In this document: positions 44,651 to 53,596 of the stretch, in pieces
Numbering within the stretch: the stretch's first letter is position 1
How the letters are laid out: the number at the start of each line of letters is the position of its first letter
Origin: a virus
Lineage: Duplodnaviria > Caudoviricetes
Direction: 5' to 3' (one strand)
Virus record (IMG/VR): IMGVR_UViG_3300046786_000092
Span: 1 to 57,428 of that record
DNA length: 57,428 nt
Made by a program: the position numbers and the translations under genes
The notes under the pieces: generated by a model
Databases searched by the model: none
What the model was told of the DNA's origin: nothing
The model's input: the letters and a program-made list of their open reading frames with translations, nothing else

Positions 44651-46260
44651 AGCATAAGTCCTTCCATTGTTGAATCAATCTCGAACATTCTGCCAGTGTC
44701 TTTGTTATAAAGCAAGCTGCAAGCAGGTCCAGTCGAACCTGCGAAACGATTTTTGAGGACCCTCACCTTGGTGGTGTTACGCTCAACAGGATCATCAGCC
44801 TGACCATTCCTCTCTAGCGATATCACCATGTCACTAAGCTGTGCAATGGCAGCACTACCTCGAAGCTGAGCTAGGCTAGTGGTTGCACCTTCCTCATGTC
44901 CCTTGTCTGATGGACGCTTGAGGTGGCTAACAATGATGAGGGCAATGCTAGTTTCCTGCACAAGCATGCGAAGCTTGGTCATGATTTCGTCAATGGCCTT
45001 ACGCTCATCACCATTGTCCTGACTAGACACGATGATAGACAGGTGATCTAGGAATACATACTTACATCCCAATCCCTTAGCCATATACTTAACACGATTG
45101 ACAATGTTCTCAATGGCTGTCGATCCAAAGTGATCAAAGAAGTAGAGGCGACCAGTGCCTAGTGTCTTGTCGAATGCATCCTTTCGTACTACTTCAGATA
45201 CTTCAGATGTGGGCAGATGCATAGGTACATCAGCAGCAAGGCTCATCATTGACAGACTAGTCTTACGCACACTCTCTTCCAAGAACATCAAGCCAATGTT
45301 GTCACTGCTGTTCTGTAACAGATGCCACACAATTTCTCGTAGTGTTTGACTCTTACCTAGTCCACTACCTGCTGTGAATGTAACCAGTTCACCTGCTCTG
45401 ATGCCATAGGTAATGTCGTTGAGTCCCTTCCAAGGGTAGAAACAATCTGCTGCTTCCATTGGTGTAGACACTAGTTCCCACAACCCAGTGCCACTGACAA
45501 TACCATCAGGAACAAACGGCTCTGCTGCCCACCACCTAGCTACGAATGCAGCTTCTTTGTTATCTGACAGCCACTCACATGCATCCTTGTATGCGGGATC
45601 TGGTTTAAATATCTTGCACTTACTGCCAAACAATTCAGCAACTTCCTTCGCTGCCTTCTGCCCTGCCTCATCACCATCGAAGCACAGCACAATGTTTTCA
45701 AAGCTGTTGATGTATTCGTAGTTTGCTTTAGCATCTTTCAATGCACTACCTGCACCTGTGCGAATAGATACCACAGGGTATTTACTACCTGTCAATTGGT
45801 ATGCTGCCAATGCATCGAACTCACCTTCAGTGATGGTGAGATACTTACCATTAGATGGATACAGATGTTGTCCAAACAAAGTACCCTTGCTCCATCCACC
45901 TACAGTGGTGAACTTCTTATCCTTCACTTCTCTACGCTTAGCTGCTACCAGTTGGGAGTTACTGTCGTAATAGGGGAAGTAGTAGAAACCCTCATGGCGT
46001 ACAACACCATAGCGTTCCATTGTGGTTTTGTTAATGCGTCTGTCTGAGACACTCACACTAACGCCTTCGTTGTAGCTTTTAATAAAGCTACTGGTGTCCT
46101 TGGTATCACTGTCTACATCAATCACTTCTAGTCTTTCGTTGTTGGTTGATGGGATGTATGTGTTACATACAAAACATTTGGTGGACATGTCTTCATTCAG
46201 TGATAGTCCATCACTGCTTCCACATGTCTCACAAGGTAGGTGTGTCTTTAGGAATGCCAT
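44647..46260 (-). CDS. Primase-helicase (T7 gp4-like)
   Basis: Zn finger CETCGSSD..CFVC, TOPRIM EGEFD/FDGD, Walker A GSGLGKS, LRGS, KNRF. Confidence 0.96.
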   Translation of the reverse strand: MAFLKTHLPCETCGSSDGLSLNEDMSTKCFVCNTYIPSTNNERLEVIDVDSDTKDTSSFIKSYNEGVSVSVSDRRINKTTMERYGVVRHEGFYYFPYYDSNSQLVAAKRREVKDKKFTTVGGWSKGTLFGQHLYPSNGKYLTITEGEFDALAAYQLTGSKYPVVSIRTGAGSALKDAKANYEYINSFENIVLCFDGDEAGQKAAKEVAELFGSKCKIFKPDPAYKDACEWLSDNKEAAFVARWWAAEPFVPDGIVSGTGLWELVSTPMEAADCFYPWKGLNDITYGIRAGELVTFTAGSGLGKSQTLREIVWHLLQNSSDNIGLMFLEESVRKTSLSMMSLAADVPMHLPTSEVSEVVRKDAFDKTLGTGRLYFFDHFGSTAIENIVNRVKYMAKGLGCKYVFLDHLSIIVSSQDNGDERKAIDEIMTKLRMLVQETSIALIIVSHLKRPSDKGHEEGATTSLAQLRGSAAIAQLSDMVISLERNGQADDPVERNTTKVRVLKNRFAGSTGPACSLLYNKDTGRMFEIDSTMEGLML

Positions 46261-46483
46261 TGCTTTTGTGAGTTACTTTGTTGGTCTTGAGTACAGTTTC
46301 GTACCCATTAAATAGCTTAGACATTCTAGCATCGTGTTGACTAGACAGACCAATCAATAGATTGGATAGTTCATCCTCTGTTGGTTTCTTCTCACGATCC
46401 AACAGCACCCACAGGATGGTGTCAATGTCCTCTCTAGTTATCCATGCTGCCATGATGAGGTCTTCTAGTTCATGTAGTTTCAT
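46229..46483 (-). CDS. Hypothetical protein
   Basis: 84 aa, SD GAGG. Confidence 0.7.
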   Translation of the reverse strand: MKLHELEDLIMAAWITREDIDTILWVLLDREKKPTEDELSNLLIGLSSQHDARMSKLFNGYETVLKTNKVTHKSNGIPKDTPTL

Positions 46484-46650
46484 TTGTTTTCCTCATAGGT
46501 AAACAATCCAATGGAGATAAAGAACCATGAAAGTACTACAGTAAATCTAGCAAACTCTGTCCAGTTACCTGCGTTGTAGTCCCAGTTAATGAAAGCCCCG
46601 ATGATGTAACACACAGCCATGATGTATGTACTGATGAACCAATTCTTCAT
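46480..46650 (-). CDS. 56-aa membrane protein, not in ORF track
   Basis: MKNWFISTYIMAVCYIIGAFINW...; two hydrophobic stretches; ATGA coupling. Confidence 0.6.
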   Translation of the reverse strand: MKNWFISTYIMAVCYIIGAFINWDYNAGNWTEFARFTVVLSWFFISIGLFTYEENK

Positions 46651-46814
46651 GTGTTCTTCTCCTTGATCCGTTGTGTTAAAGATTTCCTTGGTTCTTTTTT
46701 TAACAAGGCTAATTCGGTTTCTAGTTTTTCAATACGCTGATAAACTTTTTCTAGGTTTATATTTGTTGCTTCTGCTAAACGATGTATAGCGTTAGCAATT
46801 TCTAATTCCATCAT
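46647..46814 (-). CDS. 55-aa coiled-coil protein, not in ORF track
   Basis: MMELEIANAIHRL...IKEKNT; flanked by 18-bp direct repeats. Confidence 0.6.
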   Translation of the reverse strand: MMELEIANAIHRLAEATNINLEKVYQRIEKLETELALLKKEPRKSLTQRIKEKNT

Positions 46815-46828
46815 GTGTTCTTCTCCTT
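46647..46828 (-). repeat. 18-bp perfect direct repeat AAGGAGAAGAACACATGA
   Basis: Copies at 46647-46664 and 46811-46828. Confidence 0.9.
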
Positions 46829-47065
46829 TAGTTTGGCTTCAATGGCTTGATAAAAATCTCGATTGGCTTCTTTTTCATCGGAATCCAAATTGATCGTTAT
46901 CCACACCACGCTTTCTGCTTCTAAATACTCCTCATCCGTCAGTCCTTCCCATGTGCGCTGTTCTTCGAGAGACTCAATCAACTTGTCTATATATTCTTGA
47001 GGGTTGCAGTATCTACACCCATCACCAACAAGCTTTGTTCTTAAATCACATTTGCATTTACTCAT
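46811..47065 (-). CDS. Hypothetical protein
   Basis: CxC..GDGCxxCNP N-module and WEGLTDEE...AIEAKLKEKNT C-module. Confidence 0.75.
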   Translation of the reverse strand: MSKCKCDLRTKLVGDGCRYCNPQEYIDKLIESLEEQRTWEGLTDEEYLEAESVVWITINLDSDEKEANRDFYQAIEAKLKEKNT

Positions 47066-47208
47066 TTCGCTGCCTCCATATACAAGCCAACATTACCCAG
47101 TGCATAACCAATAAAGGCTATACCCAACCCAGTGTTACCCTTGAGCAGCAACTCCACAGCCACCACTGCATAGACAACACCAACAATTGCAATCAGCCAA
47201 GCACTCAT
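47062..47208 (-). CDS. 48-aa membrane protein, not in ORF track
   Basis: MSAWLIAIVGVVYAVVAV...GYALGNVGLY; ATGA coupling. Confidence 0.65.
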   Translation of the reverse strand: MSAWLIAIVGVVYAVVAVELLLKGNTGLGIAFIGYALGNVGLYMEAAK

Positions 47209-47357
47209 GATTGCACCTTGAATTCTTTTAACACTCTTACAAGAGAGTTAATAAGTTCCCAGTCTTGATCTTCAGACTGTCCCTTAAGTTCAAACTCAAG
47301 CAACCACTCAAGTTGTTCAACAACAATAGCCTCTTGTTCCATTTGATTTAGTTCCAT
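47205..47357 (-). CDS. Hypothetical protein
   Basis: Start moved to MELNQ. Confidence 0.55.
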   Translation of the reverse strand: MELNQMEQEAIVVEQLEWLLEFELKGQSEDQDWELINSLVRVLKEFKVQS

Positions 47358-47358
47358 A

Positions 47359-47955
47359 TCAGTCCCACAATGATCTGTAATATTTACCAAACAACATGAA
47401 AGCTTTCTTCATCCTAGCTTCATGTGCATCCAAACCTTCCCAGTCAACTTTAATTTTATTAATCTGTTCTTCCAGACTATCCTTCTTATCCACACCACTA
47501 TGGTCATAAAACTTGTCTGTCGATTTGTCATCAGCCAGTTCATTAAAAGCCCAGATCATTTCATCCATCACCCAGTCCCACCGCTTGAAGTGGTTGTCAT
47601 CAATGTCCCAACTGTTTTCCTTTGGCAAACATGAAGTGCTTCGCAAAGTCTTAGGCACATCCTCATCATCCACATTAGGACTGCCATGCTGTGTCGCTTT
47701 AAGTTGCTTGAGCATGGGCAAGATGATGAGTGACAATGTGTGATCCATCGCCCATGTGTCATACTTGTCTAGTTTCACAATGACAGTGCGCTTCTTTCTT
47801 TCATGCAACCATTGCAGAACATTCCCCACCCATGTCTCACTGAGCCACTCACCCCACTTGTATGCCTTGTCTTTACTAACCCCAACCTTAGTTGTTAGTT
47901 CAGCCAGTTGATATGGCCCAAGCCAATTTGGATATTTTCCTATGTAAACTTTCAT
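47359..47955 (-). CDS. Conserved hypothetical phage protein
   Basis: DTWAMDHTL..IILPML...WDWVMDEMIWAF...FGKYYRSLWD. Confidence 0.8.
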   Translation of the reverse strand: MKVYIGKYPNWLGPYQLAELTTKVGVSKDKAYKWGEWLSETWVGNVLQWLHERKKRTVIVKLDKYDTWAMDHTLSLIILPMLKQLKATQHGSPNVDDEDVPKTLRSTSCLPKENSWDIDDNHFKRWDWVMDEMIWAFNELADDKSTDKFYDHSGVDKKDSLEEQINKIKVDWEGLDAHEARMKKAFMLFGKYYRSLWD

Positions 47956-49052
47956 ACCAGTCCCCTCATTTCCTGTGTCACTGTTGCACTACGCAAAGTG
48001 TTCTTGATGTATGGTGTTAGGCTCTGCGGTGTGGCGTGGCCTGACACTGACATGATGTTTGTAATTGGTACACCAACTTCAATCATCTCTGTGATGGCTG
48101 TCCTTCGCAAGTCCTGCAACACTAGGTCACTAGGTATGTTTGCATCAGCCATGATTTGTTTAGCCACCCTCGACAGATTGAACAAGCTGTAAGGTAGTAA
48201 GCCACCCTTCCTATCAGGAACATTGGATGGTGCAATGTATTGCTGCCAACCAAACTCAGCTTGCTGTTGTCTCAGCATTGTTAGCAAGCCTTGGCTTGTC
48301 GGGATAGTCACCCTAGACCTACGCTTGCTTTGTTCCAAGTGCAACACACCCTTCTCTAGATCTATCTGATCCCATCGTAGCTTACGCATGTCACCCATAC
48401 GCTGTCCATATTCATAGCCCATCTGCACAATGAGTCCTACATTCCTCCACTTGAATGTGGAGTAGGCAGTGTTCATGAATGCTCTAACATCTTCCCTAGT
48501 CCATACAGTTCTGCGAGGTTTGTCTGCCCTTCGTAGCACCTTGCTGAATGGATTGTGTGTGATGTAGCCATGACGAATAGCAAAGTTGAATAGCAAACGA
48601 TACACTGCCAAGGTATGGTTAGCTAGGCTAACACTATGCTCAGCGTGTGTCTCATATATCTTCTGACAATGCGGAGTGACTAAGTCACCAAGTTTGCATT
48701 GATACAGAGCAACACCATTAGCTTTGCTATCCTTCCATCCCTGTAGATAGTAGAGATAGTCATGCTGTGCTTTAGCACTAAGCTTGGTGTAAGTGATGTT
48801 GTTCTTGTATGCCTTGACTAAGTCAGCCACCTTCGTCTTCTCAGAGATATCTTTAAGATATCTAAGTTCTTTACGCCAGTTGTCTAGTTTAGCATTCAGT
48901 TCTTCAGCTAAGGCAAAGGCTTTGTCCTTGTCAGTGCCAAGCACTGTGCGTTGAACAACACCAGCATCCACCACATCCTGAGGTGGGTTGTATCGCCACT
49001 TGGTTATGCCTTCGGCTGCCTTAGCCAGTGTTACATAGCGAGGCAAGTTCAT
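47952..49052 (-). CDS. int: Tyrosine recombinase/integrase
   Basis: GQRMGD, QSK, DLRRT, SGH and late Tyr (TPY) catalytic pattern; NPF motif. Confidence 0.9.
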   Translation of the reverse strand: MNLPRYVTLAKAAEGITKWRYNPPQDVVDAGVVQRTVLGTDKDKAFALAEELNAKLDNWRKELRYLKDISEKTKVADLVKAYKNNITYTKLSAKAQHDYLYYLQGWKDSKANGVALYQCKLGDLVTPHCQKIYETHAEHSVSLANHTLAVYRLLFNFAIRHGYITHNPFSKVLRRADKPRRTVWTREDVRAFMNTAYSTFKWRNVGLIVQMGYEYGQRMGDMRKLRWDQIDLEKGVLHLEQSKRRSRVTIPTSQGLLTMLRQQQAEFGWQQYIAPSNVPDRKGGLLPYSLFNLSRVAKQIMADANIPSDLVLQDLRRTAITEMIEVGVPITNIMSVSGHATPQSLTPYIKNTLRSATVTQEMRGLV

Positions 49053-49240
49053 TCTTCTCTCGCCTTCATCATCAGGTCAGCCAACTTGTAAGCCCTTGCA
49101 GGAATCTCTTCATCCTTAAGAACCCAATTGCTACCAAGCATAGCTTGCATAACTCTAGTTGCGAAGTAGTCACGCAAGGTCATGCCATCTTTGTATTGAT
49201 CAGGGAAAGCTGATTCCATATTATGTTGTTCCATCATCAC
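49049..49240 (-). CDS. Conserved small phage protein
   Basis: AFP...GMTLRDYFA...AYKLADLMMKAR. Confidence 0.8.
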   Translation of the reverse strand: MMMEQHNMESAFPDQYKDGMTLRDYFATRVMQAMLGSNWVLKDEEIPARAYKLADLMMKAREE

Positions 49241-50063
49241 CTCCTAGTGCATAGAGTTTTTCTGCCATATCAATCAAGTCATCCTTCTTCACTAGCTTGT
49301 CAAGCCAACGAGTGGGGATACCCTTCAGTCCATACTTACGCCCTGCCAACATACCAGTCACTGCACCGACAGTGTCAGCGTCATAGCCTTTGTTAACAGC
49401 CATAACCAAAGCTTTCTCAAAGCTTGAGGTTTCTTCTACACATTCCCATGCTGTGATGTAAGCATGATTGATAGTGCCTGTGCTACCAGAGTCACGCTGA
49501 TGACGCAGACAATCAAAGGCATCATCCTTCTTACCTGACATAAGCTCAGCAACAAAGGCAGTGATGTAATGGATGGTGTCAGCATTACCATGTGTCATCA
49601 ATGACACAGCAACACTCTGTGCCACAGCATCAGGCATGTTGTTGTGATTGGCTAACACAACTGGTGCAATACGCATGATTGATCCGTTACCACTGGCATT
49701 GATAGCACAGCTACCTGCATAGGGATGTGTTGGGGTGATGCGTTCAATGGCTTCACTACAAGTACGGCCTATGTCAAAGACATAGTTGCGAGTACCAAAG
49801 TAGCCAGTCTTTTTCCACATCTTAAAGTTCATGGCAATGGCCTCAGGGTTGAAGCGTTTGCTGCTTATGTAAGCATCAGCAATAGCCACAGCCATAGCAC
49901 CATCGTCTGTCCACTCACCCTCGGCAGTGTCATGTACACCACCACCTTCCATCTCTGTCAATGTCTTCGTCATCTCATGTGGTCTAACAAATTCAAGGGG
50001 AGCACCCAGTGCATCACCGATGAACAAACCCATGAACATACCAATTGCTTTATCTTGATGCAT
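49221..50063 (-). CDS. ADP-ribosylglycohydrolase (DraG/ARH family)
   Basis: GDALGAPLEF, WTDDG, GNGSIMR, TH, DADTVGAVTG..AG..YG. Confidence 0.93.
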   Translation of the reverse strand: MHQDKAIGMFMGLFIGDALGAPLEFVRPHEMTKTLTEMEGGGVHDTAEGEWTDDGAMAVAIADAYISSKRFNPEAIAMNFKMWKKTGYFGTRNYVFDIGRTCSEAIERITPTHPYAGSCAINASGNGSIMRIAPVVLANHNNMPDAVAQSVAVSLMTHGNADTIHYITAFVAELMSGKKDDAFDCLRHQRDSGSTGTINHAYITAWECVEETSSFEKALVMAVNKGYDADTVGAVTGMLAGRKYGLKGIPTRWLDKLVKKDDLIDMAEKLYALGGDDGTT

Positions 50064-50082
50064 GTATTTTCTTTATAAAGGT

Positions 50083-50149
50083 GGGGTACTCGCTGCGTCT
50101 GTGTTGCATCCACTGGGAACTCCCAGAGGCACAGCATCCGCTTTCCCCC
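50083..50149 (-). ncRNA. Candidate structured RNA element upstream of the ARH gene
   Basis: GGGG-AAA-GC-GGA-TGC-TGTG...CACA-GAC-GCA-GC-GAGTA-CCCC with inner CTGGGA/TCCCAG hairpin. Confidence 0.55.
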
Positions 50150-50157
50150 GTTATCTA

Positions 50158-51000
50158 TTAAGCGAAGGCAATGTCTTCGGCAATGTTCCACAGTTCGCTG
50201 TTGATGCGGATGTTTTCTTTCACGCTGTTAACAGCACGAGCTTTACGCATCACACCATTGGGGTGCTTATCAGACAAGCTCTTAACGAATGCGTTGCCAC
50301 GGATAACACCTTCCTGAATACGATTGAACACAGTGAATGCATCCATGTAGTTGTCTTCGTAACGAGAGACACGCAACACATCAGCCACTGTCTGAGGGGT
50401 AGCATATACACCATTGGTCTGCTGTTCAAGCATGTCCCAACGAGTCTCAACACCACGCTTAGCCATCATCACAGACTGATGTGGATCGAGTGTCACACTA
50501 CGCAACTTCTCAAGACGCTCCATCATGGTGGGCAATGTAGCCACAGTGTTGCGAAGCATTTCCTCAAAGCCATTCAGTGCCTTGCTGTGGTAGATGCGAG
50601 ACTGGAATCCATCACCTGCCACAATGCCATTGGAGCAGACGAAACGGAAGCAACCTGCAAACAACTTCACAGAACCTGAGCCATCGTGAGAGTTGTACAA
50701 AATAATTTCAGGACGAATGTCACCAGTGCCAAAGTCAATGTCCCATGTCTTAGCGAAGGCTAACATGTGGGCAGAGTGAGCAGGGTTGAGGCTACGGCTA
50801 CGCTTCTGAGCCGCTTGCACTGGAGCATAACCATAGTCTTGCATTACAGGAATGATGTCGCTTGTGTTCAATGACACATAACGATCGGTAAGTTTGTCAG
50901 ACTTGGTAGTGCTGAAAGCAGCAGGTGCAAGTTGTTGAATGCGTTCTGTCGTGAGAGCAGAGTTGTTTGCATTGCGAGAGAAGATGACATGTTTAGCCAT
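50158..51000 (-). CDS. DUF932-family protein
   Basis: APAAF...DRYV, NSHDGSGS...AGCFRFVCSNG, FNRIQE, N..LW; start moved to MAKHVIF. Confidence 0.85.
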   Translation of the reverse strand: MAKHVIFSRNANNSALTTERIQQLAPAAFSTTKSDKLTDRYVSLNTSDIIPVMQDYGYAPVQAAQKRSRSLNPAHSAHMLAFAKTWDIDFGTGDIRPEIILYNSHDGSGSVKLFAGCFRFVCSNGIVAGDGFQSRIYHSKALNGFEEMLRNTVATLPTMMERLEKLRSVTLDPHQSVMMAKRGVETRWDMLEQQTNGVYATPQTVADVLRVSRYEDNYMDAFTVFNRIQEGVIRGNAFVKSLSDKHPNGVMRKARAVNSVKENIRINSELWNIAEDIAFA

Positions 51001-51046
51001 GATGTTTCCTTTGGAAGAGTGAATGAGTGTCAGCAACTGACGAATA

Positions 51047-51077
51047 ATTATAACCACAAAATTAGGGGCAGTGTCAA
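51047..51077 (-). promoter_or_regulatory. sigma70-like promoter (long spacer)
   Basis: TTGACA, 19-nt spacer, TATAAT on the minus strand. Confidence 0.45.
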
Positions 51078-51103
51078 TATGTCTATCGACTTACCCCTAC
51101 AGT

Positions 51104-51322
51104 TTACTCAGGCTTTTTAACCAGAGGTATCACATCTGTCCAAGCGGCTAGATGAATAGTGTCTCCGAACATATCTAGGCAGTAGCTATACATGCCATCG
51201 AGATGATCGTAGTAGAAGACAACGCCAGTGTTTGGCATTTGTACATAGCTCTTAGGCTTCACCGAATACAGCGGTGTCACTGGCTGTTTGTCGAAGTCTC
51301 GAATGTCCACTTCTGATAACAT
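51104..51322 (-). CDS. Hypothetical protein
   Basis: Start moved to MLSEVD; DHLDGMYSYC motif. Confidence 0.7.
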   Translation of the reverse strand: MLSEVDIRDFDKQPVTPLYSVKPKSYVQMPNTGVVFYYDHLDGMYSYCLDMFGDTIHLAAWTDVIPLVKKPE

Positions 51323-51470
51323 CTTTTTCTTCCTGTTCAAGGTGTTGTTGTTTGCTTTGTGTGCCTTTGAAATAGCCACGGACATAGTGTTCACCCATCC
51401 ACTTGAGCTGCATAGGTAAGCTACGCTGTCCATGTACAAAGCCTAGCTGATAACTGATGTCTTCATTCAT
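51252..51470 (-). CDS. Hypothetical protein
   Basis: Start moved to MNEDISY; YxxGF..G / YVRGY..G pattern. Confidence 0.55.
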   Translation of the reverse strand: MNEDISYQLGFVHGQRSLPMQLKWMGEHYVRGYFKGTQSKQQHLEQEEKDVIRSGHSRLRQTASDTAVFGEA

Positions 51471-51618
51471 AACAGGATGAGTGCCAGTATGAAGAGCAAG
51501 GCAAAGCAAGTATACAGTTGTTTATCGCTCATGTCTAGGCTCCGGTGGAATGCTAGTAGGTAGAGGTTGTGCAGGGAAAGGCCACACTGGTGGTGTTTCC
51601 TGTTTAGGTGGTGGTGCT

Positions 51619-51786
51619 TTAAGCATTGGCTGAGTCCTTTCGTTGTACAGGTTTAGCTAACAACCACTTGTCTCCGAGGTAGCGAACACTTCGCACCCAC
51701 TGTCGTTGGTTGTGTCGGTTGATACGCTTGTCAACACCTTCGGTGTTGAACAATTGGCGAACATGTTTTAATACTTTGATATTCAT
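51619..51786 (-). CDS. 55-aa basic protein, not in ORF track
   Basis: MNIKVLKHVRQLF...RHNQRQWVRSVRYLGDKWLLA; SD AAGGA. Confidence 0.65.
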   Translation of the reverse strand: MNIKVLKHVRQLFNTEGVDKRINRHNQRQWVRSVRYLGDKWLLAKPVQRKDSANA

Positions 51787-51787
51787 A

Positions 51788-51985
51788 TCAGTCCTTTACA
51801 ATACGGAAGTTTCCAATTTCTACCATCTCTCGGTTGGCAAAGAACAACCCATCGAGGTAACGCTCCAGTGCCAGTGACGCATCCTTCAGTGTGGCATAAC
51901 GCTTTGGCTTGAAGTCTCCACCATCTGTCACATCAAACTCTAGGCAGTGCCACTTGTCACGCAGTCGGGTTTGTATCTTGTACAT
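51788..51985 (-). CDS. Hypothetical protein
   Basis: Start moved to MYKIQ (SD AAGGT). Confidence 0.65.
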   Translation of the reverse strand: MYKIQTRLRDKWHCLEFDVTDGGDFKPKRYATLKDASLALERYLDGLFFANREMVEIGNFRIVKD

Positions 51986-52253
51986 ATGTATACCTTTCAT
52001 AAGAACGAATCTTGCTGTCACCATCGGTGTGCTTAGTCACCCACCGAATAGCTACACCATCAGAGTGGAGACGCTGTAACAACAGCGACAAGTCACAGTC
52101 TTCCTCAAGGTACACATTGTCTTTGTACTGGTAGCTGTAGCTGCTTACATCAGGGGCAATGCCCAAGTTCTCTAACACCTTACGCTTCACCTTGCCCCAT
52201 CCATGTCCTGCATCGGTGTATACAGTGATGGTGAATGTTTTCTTATCTGTCAT
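51957..52253 (-). CDS. Conserved hypothetical phage protein
   Basis: DAGHGW...SSYSY...VYLEEDCD. Confidence 0.8.
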   Translation of the reverse strand: MTDKKTFTITVYTDAGHGWGKVKRKVLENLGIAPDVSSYSYQYKDNVYLEEDCDLSLLLQRLHSDGVAIRWVTKHTDGDSKIRSYERYTYVQDTNPTA

Positions 52254-52705
52254 AGGTTGTTATCCAAAATATATTTAGCATCGGCAATGTCTTTAGACAG
52301 TGCCTCTATCCACTTGCCATCATCAATGTACTTGTCAGCAGACTCAGTCAGTCGCTTAAGCACACCTCGAATGTCAGCCTTAGCACCCTTGGAAATGACA
52401 GGGAATCGTTCATTCCTTTCCATGCCTCGGATGAATGCATACCAGACCTTCGACTTGGGAGTGTAGAAGGTGGTTGCAATTTCCTTACGCTCATAATTCT
52501 TGGTCATGTTCGGATGAACATAAGCATAGTGCATACCAAAGGTATGAGCAGTCTCTTCCTGCTTGCTTACATCCAAGGTGAAGAGAACATCTCTCGCCTC
52601 ATTGAATGTGTCCCATGTGTTGTTACCCTGTGCATCACAGGCATAGTCGCCATTGGCCTTCTCTACCATGTAACCTTCGGATGTTTTAATAACTTGATTC
52701 ATCAT
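52250..52705 (-). CDS. Hypothetical early protein
   Basis: 151 aa, SD GGAGG, ATGA coupling. Confidence 0.75.
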   Translation of the reverse strand: MMNQVIKTSEGYMVEKANGDYACDAQGNNTWDTFNEARDVLFTLDVSKQEETAHTFGMHYAYVHPNMTKNYERKEIATTFYTPKSKVWYAFIRGMERNERFPVISKGAKADIRGVLKRLTESADKYIDDGKWIEALSKDIADAKYILDNNL

Positions 52706-52902
52706 GCCTCCTGTACAAATGCATCAGCAATTTCCCAATCAGTGGCATTAGAAAAGATGCCTTGATCGTAGGGAATAAAGTCACCACCATCCATGTCACT
52801 AGCTATTTCCATAGCTTCCTCACTGTTACTAGCATTGACATAAACATACAAGTATGTTGTCATCTTAGCCACCACTTTGTATCGATTACTCGTAGTCATC
52901 AC
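52702..52902 (-). CDS. Hypothetical early protein
   Basis: 66 aa, V.A.NSEEA..IA pattern. Confidence 0.7.
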   Translation of the reverse strand: MMTTSNRYKVVAKMTTYLYVYVNASNSEEAMEIASDMDGGDFIPYDQGIFSNATDWEIADAFVQEA

Positions 52903-53401
52903 ATGCTCCTTCCATCACATCATGAAGTGCCACACCATACACTAGGTCATTGGCACTGCTCTCGAATGCCCTACGAGTGTCTTCAATCATCTCCGCAATG
53001 CTGTCATTAGGATAGTCTTCGACTACCTCCCAAGGCACAATGCCCCAGTCACCAGAGGTGAAGTCTTCCATCTGAATAATCTTCAGGATGGTGTCATAAG
53101 ACATAGTGTCAGGATGTTCAGACAACCATTGGTTGAGAGCAAACCTTTCACTCACCTTCATCTTCACAGGGAAGTCAAGGTCAGCACTGATCATGTAATA
53201 GCATTGTCTATTACGCAACTTCACATAACAGAACGGATGATCGTCACCATCAGCAGGGTCATTGCCCTGCACCGCATCCTCCAAGTCATCAGCCGATAGG
53301 TAGATAACATCTACCAAAGTGTCATAGTCTTCGAAGCTCTTACCTGCAGGGACGGACATGCCTTCCTCTGCCAAGTCACTACGCATTCTGATCTTGTTCA
53401 T
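52886..53401 (-). CDS. Acidic hypothetical early protein
   Basis: 171 aa, D/E-rich, preceded by the start-associated repeat. Confidence 0.75.
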   Translation of the reverse strand: MNKIRMRSDLAEEGMSVPAGKSFEDYDTLVDVIYLSADDLEDAVQGNDPADGDDHPFCYVKLRNRQCYYMISADLDFPVKMKVSERFALNQWLSEHPDTMSYDTILKIIQMEDFTSGDWGIVPWEVVEDYPNDSIAEMIEDTRRAFESSANDLVYGVALHDVMEGACDDYE

Positions 53402-53595
53402 TGTGTGTTTCCTTTCAGGATTAGTTCTCGCTTAATGAGGGGAAGGTAAACCTTGTTACCAAGGAATTGATACTCAAACAATTGATCATCAACAATCTTG
53501 TCTGAGTGTGCTTTTGCTGCTTTCAATGTCTTGAAAGAAGCAACAGGGCTAGTGCTATTGGGATAGCACACAATGTATTTGTATCTGTATCTCAT
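53398..53595 (-). CDS. Hypothetical early protein
   Basis: Start moved to MRYRYK. Confidence 0.6.
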   Translation of the reverse strand: MRYRYKYIVCYPNSTSPVASFKTLKAAKAHSDKIVDDQLFEYQFLGNKVYLPLIKRELILKGNTQ

Positions 53596-53596
53596 A

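Noticed and set aside
42552-46260. Assignment to T7-like Autographiviridae or to HMO-2011-type phages
   Set aside because: No single-subunit RNA polymerase, and PolA lacks the DnaJ-like CxxCxGxG insertion; only a general resemblance in gene set
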